Part shown: positions 30,650-38,579 of the stretch, piece by piece
Layout: each line of letters begins with the position of its first letter
How positions within the stretch are numbered: the stretch's first letter is position 1
DNA from: a virus
Taxonomy: Duplodnaviria; Caudoviricetes
Virus record (IMG/VR): IMGVR_UViG_2923084042_000004
Location: 1-64,000 of that record
Length of the DNA: 64,000 nt
Direction: 5' to 3' (one strand)
Made by a program: the position numbers and the translations under genes
The notes under the pieces: model-generated
Seen by the model: the letters and a program-made list of their open reading frames with translations, nothing else
Told to the model about the DNA's origin: nothing
Database searches by the model: none

Positions 30650-31474
30650 CTATTTACGATCGGCCCGATGCTGCGCGAACATCTTCCGCACTGATTGCGT
30701 CCAGTCTGTCTCGATAGTCTGACGGAACATCACATCCGGATGCACTAAGTACCGAACCGTCCGCCCACTCTTCGTACTCAGGATCGCGCCCTTACGTTGC
30801 AGCTTCGCAATAGATGCCGTAACTGTATCGCGGTCATGTCCGATCTCCTTTGCGAGTTGGTCGCGTCCAAGGTGTTCGATTACTTCCGGATTCTCTTCGT
30901 CCGGATTAGCGCAAAGGTAGTATTCGCTAAAGTGAAAGAACGGTAGTATCTTATAGAGCAGCCCGATCTCGCTAAGTCCGAGGTCTGCGATAATCTCGTT
31001 CGTCTTTACCTGATATAGCTTCGTAAAGCTTGCGCCTTCTTTCGTATCGCCCATCGTATGGAACTCGGCGCTAATGTAATACTCGTTGCTTCTGCCGCGT
31101 TGCACGACTTTAATAATGCCGAGCGCTTCCAGCCGTCCGAGTATCGTATTAGTTGCCCGCCTCGACTTGCCGATAATGCGTTGTATGTCCGCTTGCTTTA
31201 ACGGCTTGCCACCGTTGATGAGTTGGCCGTCGCTCTTGAAACGCAAATAAGGCAGCAGCTTAACGATAGCCCCCGCCTCAATTAACGATAGATCTTTGAT
31301 GACTGCGCGTATTGGATCGTGATAGCTCGCGACCCAGCGCTTTGTATTAGTCGACTTATAACGTTCTTGCTCGAGCTTCTTACGATAGGCTTCGTCTTGT
31401 TTGCGGCTCCTTAGCGAATACAGATGCGTAAGGTCCTCACCCGTCTCAACGTCAATCAACCGTTTGTCTCCCAA
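30650..31474 (-). CDS. Double winged-HTH, RepL-like replication/DNA-binding protein
   Basis: IDVETGE start, two wHTH repeats, YLVHPDVM ending; direct repeats just downstream. Confidence 0.65.
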   Translation of the reverse strand: MGDKRLIDVETGEDLTHLYSLRSRKQDEAYRKKLEQERYKSTNTKRWVASYHDPIRAVIKDLSLIEAGAIVKLLPYLRFKSDGQLINGGKPLKQADIQRIIGKSRRATNTILGRLEALGIIKVVQRGRSNEYYISAEFHTMGDTKEGASFTKLYQVKTNEIIADLGLSEIGLLYKILPFFHFSEYYLCANPDEENPEVIEHLGRDQLAKEIGHDRDTVTASIAKLQRKGAILSTKSGRTVRYLVHPDVMFRQTIETDWTQSVRKMFAQHRADRK

Positions 31475-31826
31475 TTCCGTTATCCCCTCCCGAATAAATA
31501 CGAAAAGGCTGGCCGGAACATACCCGACCTTGCCTCAGCCCTTTCGGAATTAATCGGTTGGGCTATCGTTGAGACCTATCGTTACTATCTCCGTAGAAAC
31601 TGGACATTGACCGCCCTCTTCATCGATAAGAAAAAACTTTACGACGTCCGTATTTGTACTAATCACTCTGCGCCCCACTCCTTCCGAATCAATCGCTCGG
31701 CTTCTTCGAAAGAAAGGTCGGCGTCATTCGGAAACTCAAACACGGCTTGTGCGCGATTACCGGATTCAAATTCGATAGTGGCTTCGACTTTTGTTCCTAT
31801 ACGCTCCATCTGATTAACGTTTATGT

Positions 31827-32711
31827 TCATCGACGCCCTCCCTTTCCGGAAGCTTTACCGATTTCCTTTCCGTCCAGATAAACCGTAGGCTCCGTGATAG
31901 GTACGACCTTCTCTCCTTCGTCTAACCATACGAGCTTCTTTCCGTCTACCCTTTCGCCGGCGATATAGCCTTTGTACGGACCCTTCGCCTGTTCCTCTCG
32001 CAATTCAGCCAACGCCTGCGTCGCCGCCTTTGCTTCGCGCTGTAACGCTTTTAGTCCGGTTATGGCTTCGGATACCTCTACGTTTACATTTACGTTGATC
32101 TCTCCAGCCGGCGTTGATTCCGGAGCAGTAGCGCAATAATGAGCGTTTACTAACGCGTTGATACCGGCAGTGCTCTCGCTTAATCTTCGTCTTCGTGTGC
32201 CGCGCAAATTCTCTAAACTAGGCTCCCGCATAATCTTAGAGTTTTTGATATACGTCTCAAACAACGTACCGGAGTAAGATATTTTCGGCATTAATTCGCT
32301 CAATGAATAAAGCGTCGGTTCTACGTTACTTCTCGACTGAGTAATCGAGACTGTTTCGAAGCCCTCTTTCTCCAACTCCCGTGCGATGAATGCGCAACTG
32401 TAAGGATCGTATCCAATCGTTTTAATGTCGTAATTTTTACGGATGTCAACAAACCACTCAACGATCGGCTCCCAACTGACGAGATCTTTTTCGACCATAT
32501 CGAGCTGTCCGTCCTCCATATAAGATCTTCGCGCAGGATCTCCTAAGCTTTCTAGGATCGCCTTATTTGTCGCCCAAGAACGCGATAATACCTCGATAGT
32601 TCCGTCTGACTTAAATAATTCGACTACCGCAACGGTAAAGTCGCCTTGACCGTTATACTCCAGACCTCCGACTGCTTTATCGATTTTCTCTTTGATACGC
32701 GTTTCCGCCAT
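31827..32711 (-). CDS. Stand-alone terminase-nuclease-like domain fused to a coiled-coil phage protein
   Basis: Aligns by eye with the C-terminal domain of this phage's TerL (DFT, LS.SW, WFV, YDP/FDP, GF.T...Q); no ATPase domain. Confidence 0.75.
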   Translation of the reverse strand: MAETRIKEKIDKAVGGLEYNGQGDFTVAVVELFKSDGTIEVLSRSWATNKAILESLGDPARRSYMEDGQLDMVEKDLVSWEPIVEWFVDIRKNYDIKTIGYDPYSCAFIARELEKEGFETVSITQSRSNVEPTLYSLSELMPKISYSGTLFETYIKNSKIMREPSLENLRGTRRRRLSESTAGINALVNAHYCATAPESTPAGEINVNVNVEVSEAITGLKALQREAKAATQALAELREEQAKGPYKGYIAGERVDGKKLVWLDEGEKVVPITEPTVYLDGKEIGKASGKGGRR

Positions 32712-32800
32712 TCACATCGTCTCCTTTTCGTTTCTTATTCGCTCGCGTACCGGAAGGCTCGGAAGCCTATTCCGGTCGGCCCGTAGGCTAACGCAAGCAC

Positions 32801-32831
32801 AAAAAGACCCCCGCCGTGGTGGCGGAAGCCT
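32801..32831 (-). terminator. Intrinsic terminator
   Basis: AGGCTTCCGCC-ACCAC-GGCGGGGGTCT followed by a T run. Confidence 0.75.
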
Positions 32832-33009
32832 CGTTCTGATTGCGTTTGGTAGCCGACTGCCTTATATCTATCCGCAGTCAAGACGGGTATAGCGTCCCTA
32901 AGACGAGGGAATGCGAAGCTACCTATCGCAGATATACGCGACAATATTACACGCTTTCCGGTACGTATTTAACGTCCCCACCGGCGGAGAATCCGACGTC
33001 GCTATCGGA

Positions 33010-33143
33010 TATGCGGACGAGGATTTGCACCTCGCATACTGGTTATTCCGGGCCGTGTGTGCTTCGTATACCAGCAAAGGCAGGAGTCTTTCACTCTCTC
33101 GATGCACCCGCGAATTTGCGTCTACCTATTCCGCCACCGCATC
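33010..33143 (-). ncRNA. tRNA-like RNA with expanded anticodon region
   Basis: Acceptor ATGCGG/CCGCAT, Leu-type D arm TGGCGGAATAGGTAGACGC, T arm CGAGG-TGCAAAT-CCTCG, ~80 nt branched insert. Confidence 0.65.
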
Positions 33144-33236
33144 CGTGATTGAATCGCATTATATATGCGTGATTTGCCCGTATATTAACGAGCGAAGTAA
33201 ATACCCTCCGAATGGATTAAAACGGCTGTGGCGCGC

Positions 33237-33401
33237 TTATTTCGCTTTTCTAACGTTAACGATTTCGCAAATGTATATGTCCGTTTCGTCCCAGTAATCG
33301 TCTTTTTCGCGCTCATTAAGATCCGCGAGCGCTTCCTCGTAGGTGGCGTATGAGCACAGCGCCGGATCGATAATAGAATCGCTAAATACTACGTACTTCA
33401 C
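33237..33401 (-). CDS. Small acidic hypothetical protein (54 aa)
   Basis: GTG start overlapping the upstream stop; MKYVVFSDSII...YICEIV. Confidence 0.5.
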   Translation of the reverse strand: MKYVVFSDSIIDPALCSYATYEEALADLNEREKDDYWDETDIYICEIVNVRKAK

Positions 33402-33574
33402 TCGCGAATGCCATTCGGTTGAAAATAACGGAATTCTATCTGCACCACTACTTCGTTGTATTCGTCTTTATTGCAAGTTATACATAGGCTACTATTACGT
33501 TCGAGGAGCTCATCGAATTTCTTCCGTAGAAAATCTTTTTGATCCTCCGGCATTTCTCTGGTTTGTATATACAC
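33398..33574 (-). CDS. Small hypothetical protein (58 aa)
   Basis: GGAGGTG RBS, GTG start. Confidence 0.5.
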   Translation of the reverse strand: MYIQTREMPEDQKDFLRKKFDELLERNSSLCITCNKDEYNEVVVQIEFRYFQPNGIRE

Positions 33575-33707
33575 GCGAACACCTCCGTTTGATATACCGC
33601 CGCAATATGTATTAAAAGGACGCCAAGTTGCGGCTAGTGCCCGTTGTTATTCCGTAGGGGTGGCGTCCTTTACCGTACATACTGCGTGTTGTACGGTTGT
33701 TAAATAA

Positions 33708-34292
33708 TTAAAGGCCTCTTCGTATCATGAGGCCCCGTTTCTTAGCGTATTGCTTTTTCAGTTCGTCTTTGAGTTCTTCTATCCTCCGATTTATATAAAG
33801 AACCTCACCGAGCTGCACTTCGTTTAATGGTTCGCAGTCAGCCGCAACCTTGTAATCGGTGATAAAATCGGTCTCTGCTGCTTCGCCATATGTCTCGGCA
33901 AGTTCCTCCTGTAATTCGTGTATTTCAGCGATTAAGTCCTCCGCACGAACCTCGATTTCTAAAAGCGCTTCTTCAACTTCTTTGCGTCTATGGTACATTT
34001 TCGCTTTGTTGTATAACGGGTCGAACTGGCGAATCATTTCCGTTTCATAAATATCGCGTTCATAATCGTTATCCACTTCGTAAAGTCTTACGTAACTAGC
34101 GAGATAATAAAATTCGCTGTTGCGTGAATGGTCAATGAACCTACGTTTGAAACTAACGGTTTTCCCTACGTAGAGTGGCGTGTCATCTGCGTCAAAGAAT
34201 ACGTAAACACCTGCGCGATCATAATCTTTCTTGTTCTTTATTTCTCTGGGTCTAGCAGTCTTATAATTCTCAGGAATAGTAATTTGGATCAT
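33708..34292 (-). CDS. GIY-YIG nuclease with coiled-coil tail
   Basis: GVY...LYVGKT..FKRRF..H, E...I...DPLYN. Confidence 0.88.
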   Translation of the reverse strand: MIQITIPENYKTARPREIKNKKDYDRAGVYVFFDADDTPLYVGKTVSFKRRFIDHSRNSEFYYLASYVRLYEVDNDYERDIYETEMIRQFDPLYNKAKMYHRRKEVEEALLEIEVRAEDLIAEIHELQEELAETYGEAAETDFITDYKVAADCEPLNEVQLGEVLYINRRIEELKDELKKQYAKKRGLMIRRGL

Positions 34293-34433
34293 ACGGTGCC
34301 CTCCTCGTTATTGATAGAGGTTGTTCGGAGCTTACCCGAATCTGTCATGATCCTCCACCGGGTTTCATAACGTAAGACAGCATATTGGGCACTTTAACAA
34401 GTATTTTTCAAATAAAAAACCAAATTATTTTCA

Positions 34434-34669
34434 TCCAGTAAAAATCACCGGACAACGTAATTTGGCTTCTCTTTGTATTATTAAATTCTAATCGCGATCA
34501 AGGCACTAAGTAATTAATATCTGCGTCCGCTAATGAGCGTTAGCGAATAGTGGCGCTATTATTTAAGTAAGTCTTTATAAGTAAGTATATATAGTAAGTC
34601 TTTATACGCAGTGAAAATCACTGGAACGTCCAGTAAAAATCGCTGTATGATCCAGTGAAAATCACCGGA
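34434..34669. repeat. Putative replication origin: 19-bp iterons plus AT-rich repeats
   Basis: TCCAGTRAAAATCACYGGA-like copies at 34434, 34607, 34629 and 34651 (22-bp period); AGTAAGT repeats at ~34565-34605. Confidence 0.75.
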
Positions 34670-34678
34670 CAAATCAAC

Positions 34679-35614
34679 CTATGACCGCATCGACAGTATT
34701 TTCCCCGCCAAGAACGCCTTCCGCTTTAGCATCGCCAGGTACAACCGACGCGCCAAACTTTCCTCGTGCTGCAACGTTATCTCTACCGCCTTCCCTACGT
34801 TCGGATGCTCGACTATACGTTCAATCAGCGCTAACTTTTCGCGCATCCCTTTATCGCAGCCCGGCTTGAATTCGTTCTGTATACATCCGTTTACCGCGAT
34901 ATAACACTTCCGTCGCGCCAGATCCACCGCAACCTTCTCGTCGTACAAACCCCACCGTTTCGCGTACGTTTCTAGCGTATTGCCGTTTATGTAAGAATCG
35001 AATAGCTGCGGGTTGTATTTGCGCATCAAGCTCTCGTCGTTAATCTGCCGGTAATGATACAACGCTTTATCGATATAATAAGCCGTCTTAAACAGCCAAT
35101 CTTCGCCGAGATACTTGCCGTCAGGGAACGCTAGATCATACGTTTCTAGCCGGCGTATAGAAAATCCGTCAGTATCTCCGCCTTGATCGCGTCACGGTCC
35201 AACGGCGTATTTGCTTTTGCGCTATAGCTTTTCGATGCATCTTCGTATTCCCAACGCATGTCTGTAAATACAATATCGGCGTTATTTTCAAGCGCAGCTT
35301 CGTACATTGTCGCGTAAGTTTCCCGATCGACCCAAAAACGCCATGTACTCACCCTTCGCCTGCTTTAGTGCGTTATTTCGCGCCGTGGCCGGACCTTGAT
35401 TTGCTTGGTAGATCGGCTTAACGCGTTCGTCGGTGGCTTCGTAGTACCTCAAAATAGTACGTGTTGAATCGGTTGAACCGTCGTCTACGATCAAAACTTC
35501 GATATTCTTCAACGTCTGTCCGAGCACACTATCTAAACAGTCGCGCAGGTATTTCTCGCCATTGTATACCGGTATAATAACGCTCACTTTGACTTTCGGT
35601 CTCATTTCGTCCAC
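34679..35614 (-). pseudogene. Family 2 glycosyltransferase pseudogene (three fragments)
   Basis: VSVIIPVYN...VDDGSTD...ARN; frameshift with loss of the DxD motif after GEYMAF; further break before ALYHYRQ. Confidence 0.85.
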
Positions 35615-35702
35615 CCTTTCGGTTCGGGAATTCCCGAACTCATATCGATAGGATAATTATACCAACGCCCTGCCGAATTTCAAGACGAAAAAAAGACGCC
35701 GA

Positions 35703-35933
35703 TTATTCAGCGTCCTCTTCCGTTTCTTTTACTTCGAATAATTCTTCATATTTGGCTCCGGTTGCTTTCATTATCGATGCGACATGCCAATCGTAATGCC
35801 TTTCGGAATTATCGAACCGAGAAATCGACGATTGAGATACGCCGGATCTCCGAGATAATTCGGATTGGGACCACCCTAATTTCGAAAGAACCGCGCCAAG
35901 ACGAGGTTTTACCGTAAGTTTCATTTCGATCAC
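35703..35933 (-). CDS. XRE HTH regulator
   Basis: WSQSELSRRSGVSQSSISRF. Confidence 0.85.
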   Translation of the reverse strand: MIEMKLTVKPRLGAVLSKLGWSQSELSRRSGVSQSSISRFDNSERHYDWHVASIMKATGAKYEELFEVKETEEDAE

Positions 35934-36231
35934 CTCGCGTTAATTATACGCCAGAGAATATTTTTCCGCAATTACTATTGACGTAGTCTATGCGCTAGCG
36001 CATAATAGAATTATAGAAAGGAGGGAAAAACGAATTGAACGCGGAAACGGTACTAATAACTTCGTCATTGCGCTAACGAATTTGGCAACCGCCTGCGTTA
36101 ACGCAAAAAAAAACGCTAATCGCAAAAACGACTAGCGCCAGAAACGTTGATACGGGGATAGATGTGAGAGTCCTCCCCGTGTCTCCTATAGTACCGTATC
36201 AAAAACGAAAACACAAGGAGGCGAGCGCGCC

Positions 36232-36321
36232 ATGTTAACGGCTTTATCAATCGTAATTACGGCGGCGGCCCTGATCGTTGCGGTCGTGGGGTTAACCGTC
36301 GCACTCAAACGGAGGCGATAA
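36232..36321 (+). CDS. 29-aa single-TM peptide with basic tail
   Basis: AAGGAGG RBS; MLTALSIVITAAALIVAVVGLTVALKRRR. Confidence 0.65.
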   Translation: MLTALSIVITAAALIVAVVGLTVALKRRR

Positions 36322-36325
36322 CGGT

Positions 36326-36529
36326 ATGCAGCAGCTTATGATTCGCAAAATATGGTCGGATACACCGGCACTTACACCGCAGCAGGAAGCGCAGATCCTC
36401 GATCTATACGAGCGCCCCGCCGCCAATTTCGGTCGATGTGGGCGCGCTTACCAAATTGGGATCAATTCGATGTTACAATATTTCGGCTATCGGATCGAAG
36501 TCGAAACGGAGGCTATGAACGATGATTGA
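36326..36529 (+). CDS. Hypothetical protein
   Basis: GGAGG RBS, operon context. Confidence 0.55.
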   Translation: MQQLMIRKIWSDTPALTPQQEAQILDLYERPAANFGRCGRAYQIGINSMLQYFGYRIEVETEAMNDD

Positions 36530-36638
36530 ATACGCTTGTAACGAATGTAATTACGCAAGACTTGACGTAAAAATAGAGCCTGACGCGTGCTGCCCTACGT
36601 GTGGAGCGCGCCTGCAGGTCGAGGAGGAAATCGTATGA
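36522..36638 (+). CDS. 38-aa zinc-ribbon protein
   Basis: MIEYACNECN...CCPTCGARL; GGAGG upstream; overlaps both neighbours. Confidence 0.55.
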   Translation: MIEYACNECNYARLDVKIEPDACCPTCGARLQVEEEIV

Positions 36639-37072
36639 AACGTTTATTTAAATCAATCGTAATCACCGCGGCTTTATTGACGAGTACTATCGCCTTAGCA
36701 CCACAAGCAGACGCAGCATGGTCGGGATGGCAGACGGAGAAGTTTGGACATAAAGCGCGCGTTTATACGGATGCGACTACGTATACAAGCAGCGCAAAGT
36801 CGGTCGATTGGAAAGCCGAAAAGAAAGGCGCGGCCACGCTTTATTACACGGCCGGCGTATATAAAAAGCGCTCAGGTGGCGGGCTGACCGATACGGGTTT
36901 AGTGCAGCGCGGAAGCTTTAAGACCGAAACGCCGCTGAAGTCGTTTAGCGTAAAGTCGATTCGCGGTAAGACTGGCGCCGGTAGCTACGTGATCCAGGTC
37001 GATTGTTATACGGATTCGGGCAAGAGCCACTATATCGGAACTTTTGAGTCGGCGCGTTTTAACGTGAAATAA
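36635..37072 (+). CDS. Secreted protein of unknown function
   Basis: GAGGAGG RBS; Sec signal MKRLFKSIVITAALL...ADA then a beta-rich mature domain. Confidence 0.75.
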   Translation: MKRLFKSIVITAALLTSTIALAPQADAAWSGWQTEKFGHKARVYTDATTYTSSAKSVDWKAEKKGAATLYYTAGVYKKRSGGGLTDTGLVQRGSFKTETPLKSFSVKSIRGKTGAGSYVIQVDCYTDSGKSHYIGTFESARFNVK

Positions 37073-37223
37073 GCGTGTGTGAGCCGTTTTAAGCTGCGAG
37101 GTACTTAGTGTACCTGATCGGCGCTAAGGCGGCTCTTTCGCTTTGATTTCGTGGTATAATCGTTCTATACGGAGGTTGAAGCGATGGAAACGAAAGACTA
37201 CGAAAAATATTTAAACGCAAAAA

Positions 37224-37251
37224 TAAAGACGCCTTAACGGGCGTCCTTTTT
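37224..37251. terminator. Bidirectional terminator
   Basis: GACGCC-TTAACG-GGCGTC hairpin flanked by A and T tracts. Confidence 0.75.
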
Positions 37252-37255
37252 CGTT

Positions 37256-37345
37256 TTATGCTCCTCTAACGATACCCTCTAACGGACTAGCTCCTCGCGG
37301 CATTCCGTATAATTGCGGCCCTGCGCCCGGATTTAATTCTCCCAT
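37256..37345 (-). CDS. 29-aa peptide carrying heterologous arbitrium sequences GMPRGA and GIVRGA
   Basis: GGAGGTGA RBS, ATG at 37345; MGELNPGAGPQLYGMPRGASPLEGIVRGA*; TG-N-TATAAT upstream; terminator downstream. Confidence 0.85.
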   Translation of the reverse strand: MGELNPGAGPQLYGMPRGASPLEGIVRGA

Positions 37346-37374
37346 TCGACTCACCTCCGACCTACATAGTAAAA

Positions 37375-37803
37375 TTATACCACGCGCGCTTTCCTTTTCG
37401 CACCTATATTCGACCATATCGCGTCCTGCTTCCGTTTATTCTCGGCAGCCTCCGGAAACATGCGAAAAAACTCGGCTTCGTCTTCGATCGGCTTTCGGAA
37501 ATAATAGACGAGGTTCTTCGCGCCACCTCCGTTCTCTACCGTCTGTATAAGTTGCGCCTGGACTAGCGTTTTGACCGCGTTACGATACGTTGAGTCGCTT
37601 ATAGCCAGCGCCCTAGCCGCCTGTTCTTGCGTCGGAAAGGCGTAACCGTAGTCCGCGTTATAAAACTTCAGCAGAAACGCGTATACCAACACGGCGTTAC
37701 CGTTCAGCTTCGGAAAGTATTGATAATGCGTAAGAATAACGTTAGGTATGCCCGTATAGCCCGCCGCAGTATCAAACGGTAGGGCCTTCGCTTTATCGCT
37801 CAT
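37375..37803 (-). CDS. HTH_36-type winged-helix protein, replication-initiator-like
   Basis: GYTGIPN, LVYAFL, YAFPTQEQAA...VKTL. Confidence 0.75.
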   Translation of the reverse strand: MSDKAKALPFDTAAGYTGIPNVILTHYQYFPKLNGNAVLVYAFLLKFYNADYGYAFPTQEQAARALAISDSTYRNAVKTLVQAQLIQTVENGGGAKNLVYYFRKPIEDEAEFFRMFPEAAENKRKQDAIWSNIGAKRKARVV

Positions 37804-37834
37804 ATAATCGTCCTCCACTTAAATAATATTCGAC

Positions 37835-38014
37835 TTAAGCCGGCTTACGGCGCTGCCACTCCGTCAATAAACGATCGAGTTCGGGCGTACGCGCATATTG
37901 CCAAAACTTCCGTAAAGTATTTTCGTTCAGGCCTACGCAGATATAGCGTTGGTTGTGGTCGCGCAGGAATTCGTATAGATTCGCAGAATAGCAGTAATAA
38001 TAGCCGTTTTGCAT
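37835..38014 (-). CDS. 59-aa phage protein (DUF5659-like), not in ORF track
   Basis: GGAGGTG RBS; MQNGYYYCYSANLYEFL...RKFWQY...LLTEW. Confidence 0.65.
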   Translation of the reverse strand: MQNGYYYCYSANLYEFLRDHNQRYICVGLNENTLRKFWQYARTPELDRLLTEWQRRKPA

Positions 38015-38081
38015 TCGGTCGCACCTCCGTAAATATATAAATAAAAAGGCGCCTATGCGCCCGTATGCGTAATTCCCGCAA

Positions 38082-38546
38082 CTACATGAAATTATATCTA
38101 GTTATCTTATTTTTTAAACTTTTATCGAATTTATTTGTAATATAGTTAAATAAATCCACTGTATCTTCATCAAAATAACACCAATCCCGTTCATTTTTAG
38201 GATCTTCCCTATTCCAGTAATTTCTCGACCACTCATTTAACGATTCTTTTTCAGTTACTTTATATTGGTTTTCTTTAGTAGGAACCAGTAAGTAGACATA
38301 CTCATGATTTCCGCAAACAAAATAATTATCAACAAACAGAAGTAAGTCTGAGTACATTTGCTTTCGGTAATCTCTGTACCTCATGTCTGCGTAGTCGTCT
38401 TTTTCTAGTCCTGCATATTTATTTAGTTTTTTCAGTTCATTAGTATTAATCAATTGATTCTTTTCGAAAACCTCGGTCTGTGAGAACCCGACAATAGGAC
38501 TGTTCTTAACCAATTTATCTACGTGTTTTCTATATCTACTCTTCAT
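38082..38546 (-). CDS. AT-rich hypothetical protein
   Basis: AAGGGGAG RBS; visibly lower GC than neighbours. Confidence 0.65.
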   Translation of the reverse strand: MKSRYRKHVDKLVKNSPIVGFSQTEVFEKNQLINTNELKKLNKYAGLEKDDYADMRYRDYRKQMYSDLLLFVDNYFVCGNHEYVYLLVPTKENQYKVTEKESLNEWSRNYWNREDPKNERDWCYFDEDTVDLFNYITNKFDKSLKNKITRYNFM

Positions 38547-38579
38547 AGGATCTCCCCTTACTTTTTAGGTTTTAAACCG

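Noticed and set aside
32971-32980. GGGGACGTTA on the minus strand, resembling the Bacillus tmRNA 5' end
   Set aside because: The match stops after about 10 nt, with no tag ORF or matching 3' end.
34434-34669. Possible mini-CRISPR array
   Set aside because: Repeats are separated by only 3 bp with no spacers and there are no cas genes; iterons fit better.
37845-38081. 78-aa ORF from the track
   Set aside because: A different frame (37835-38014) has the RBS and a phage-like sequence.
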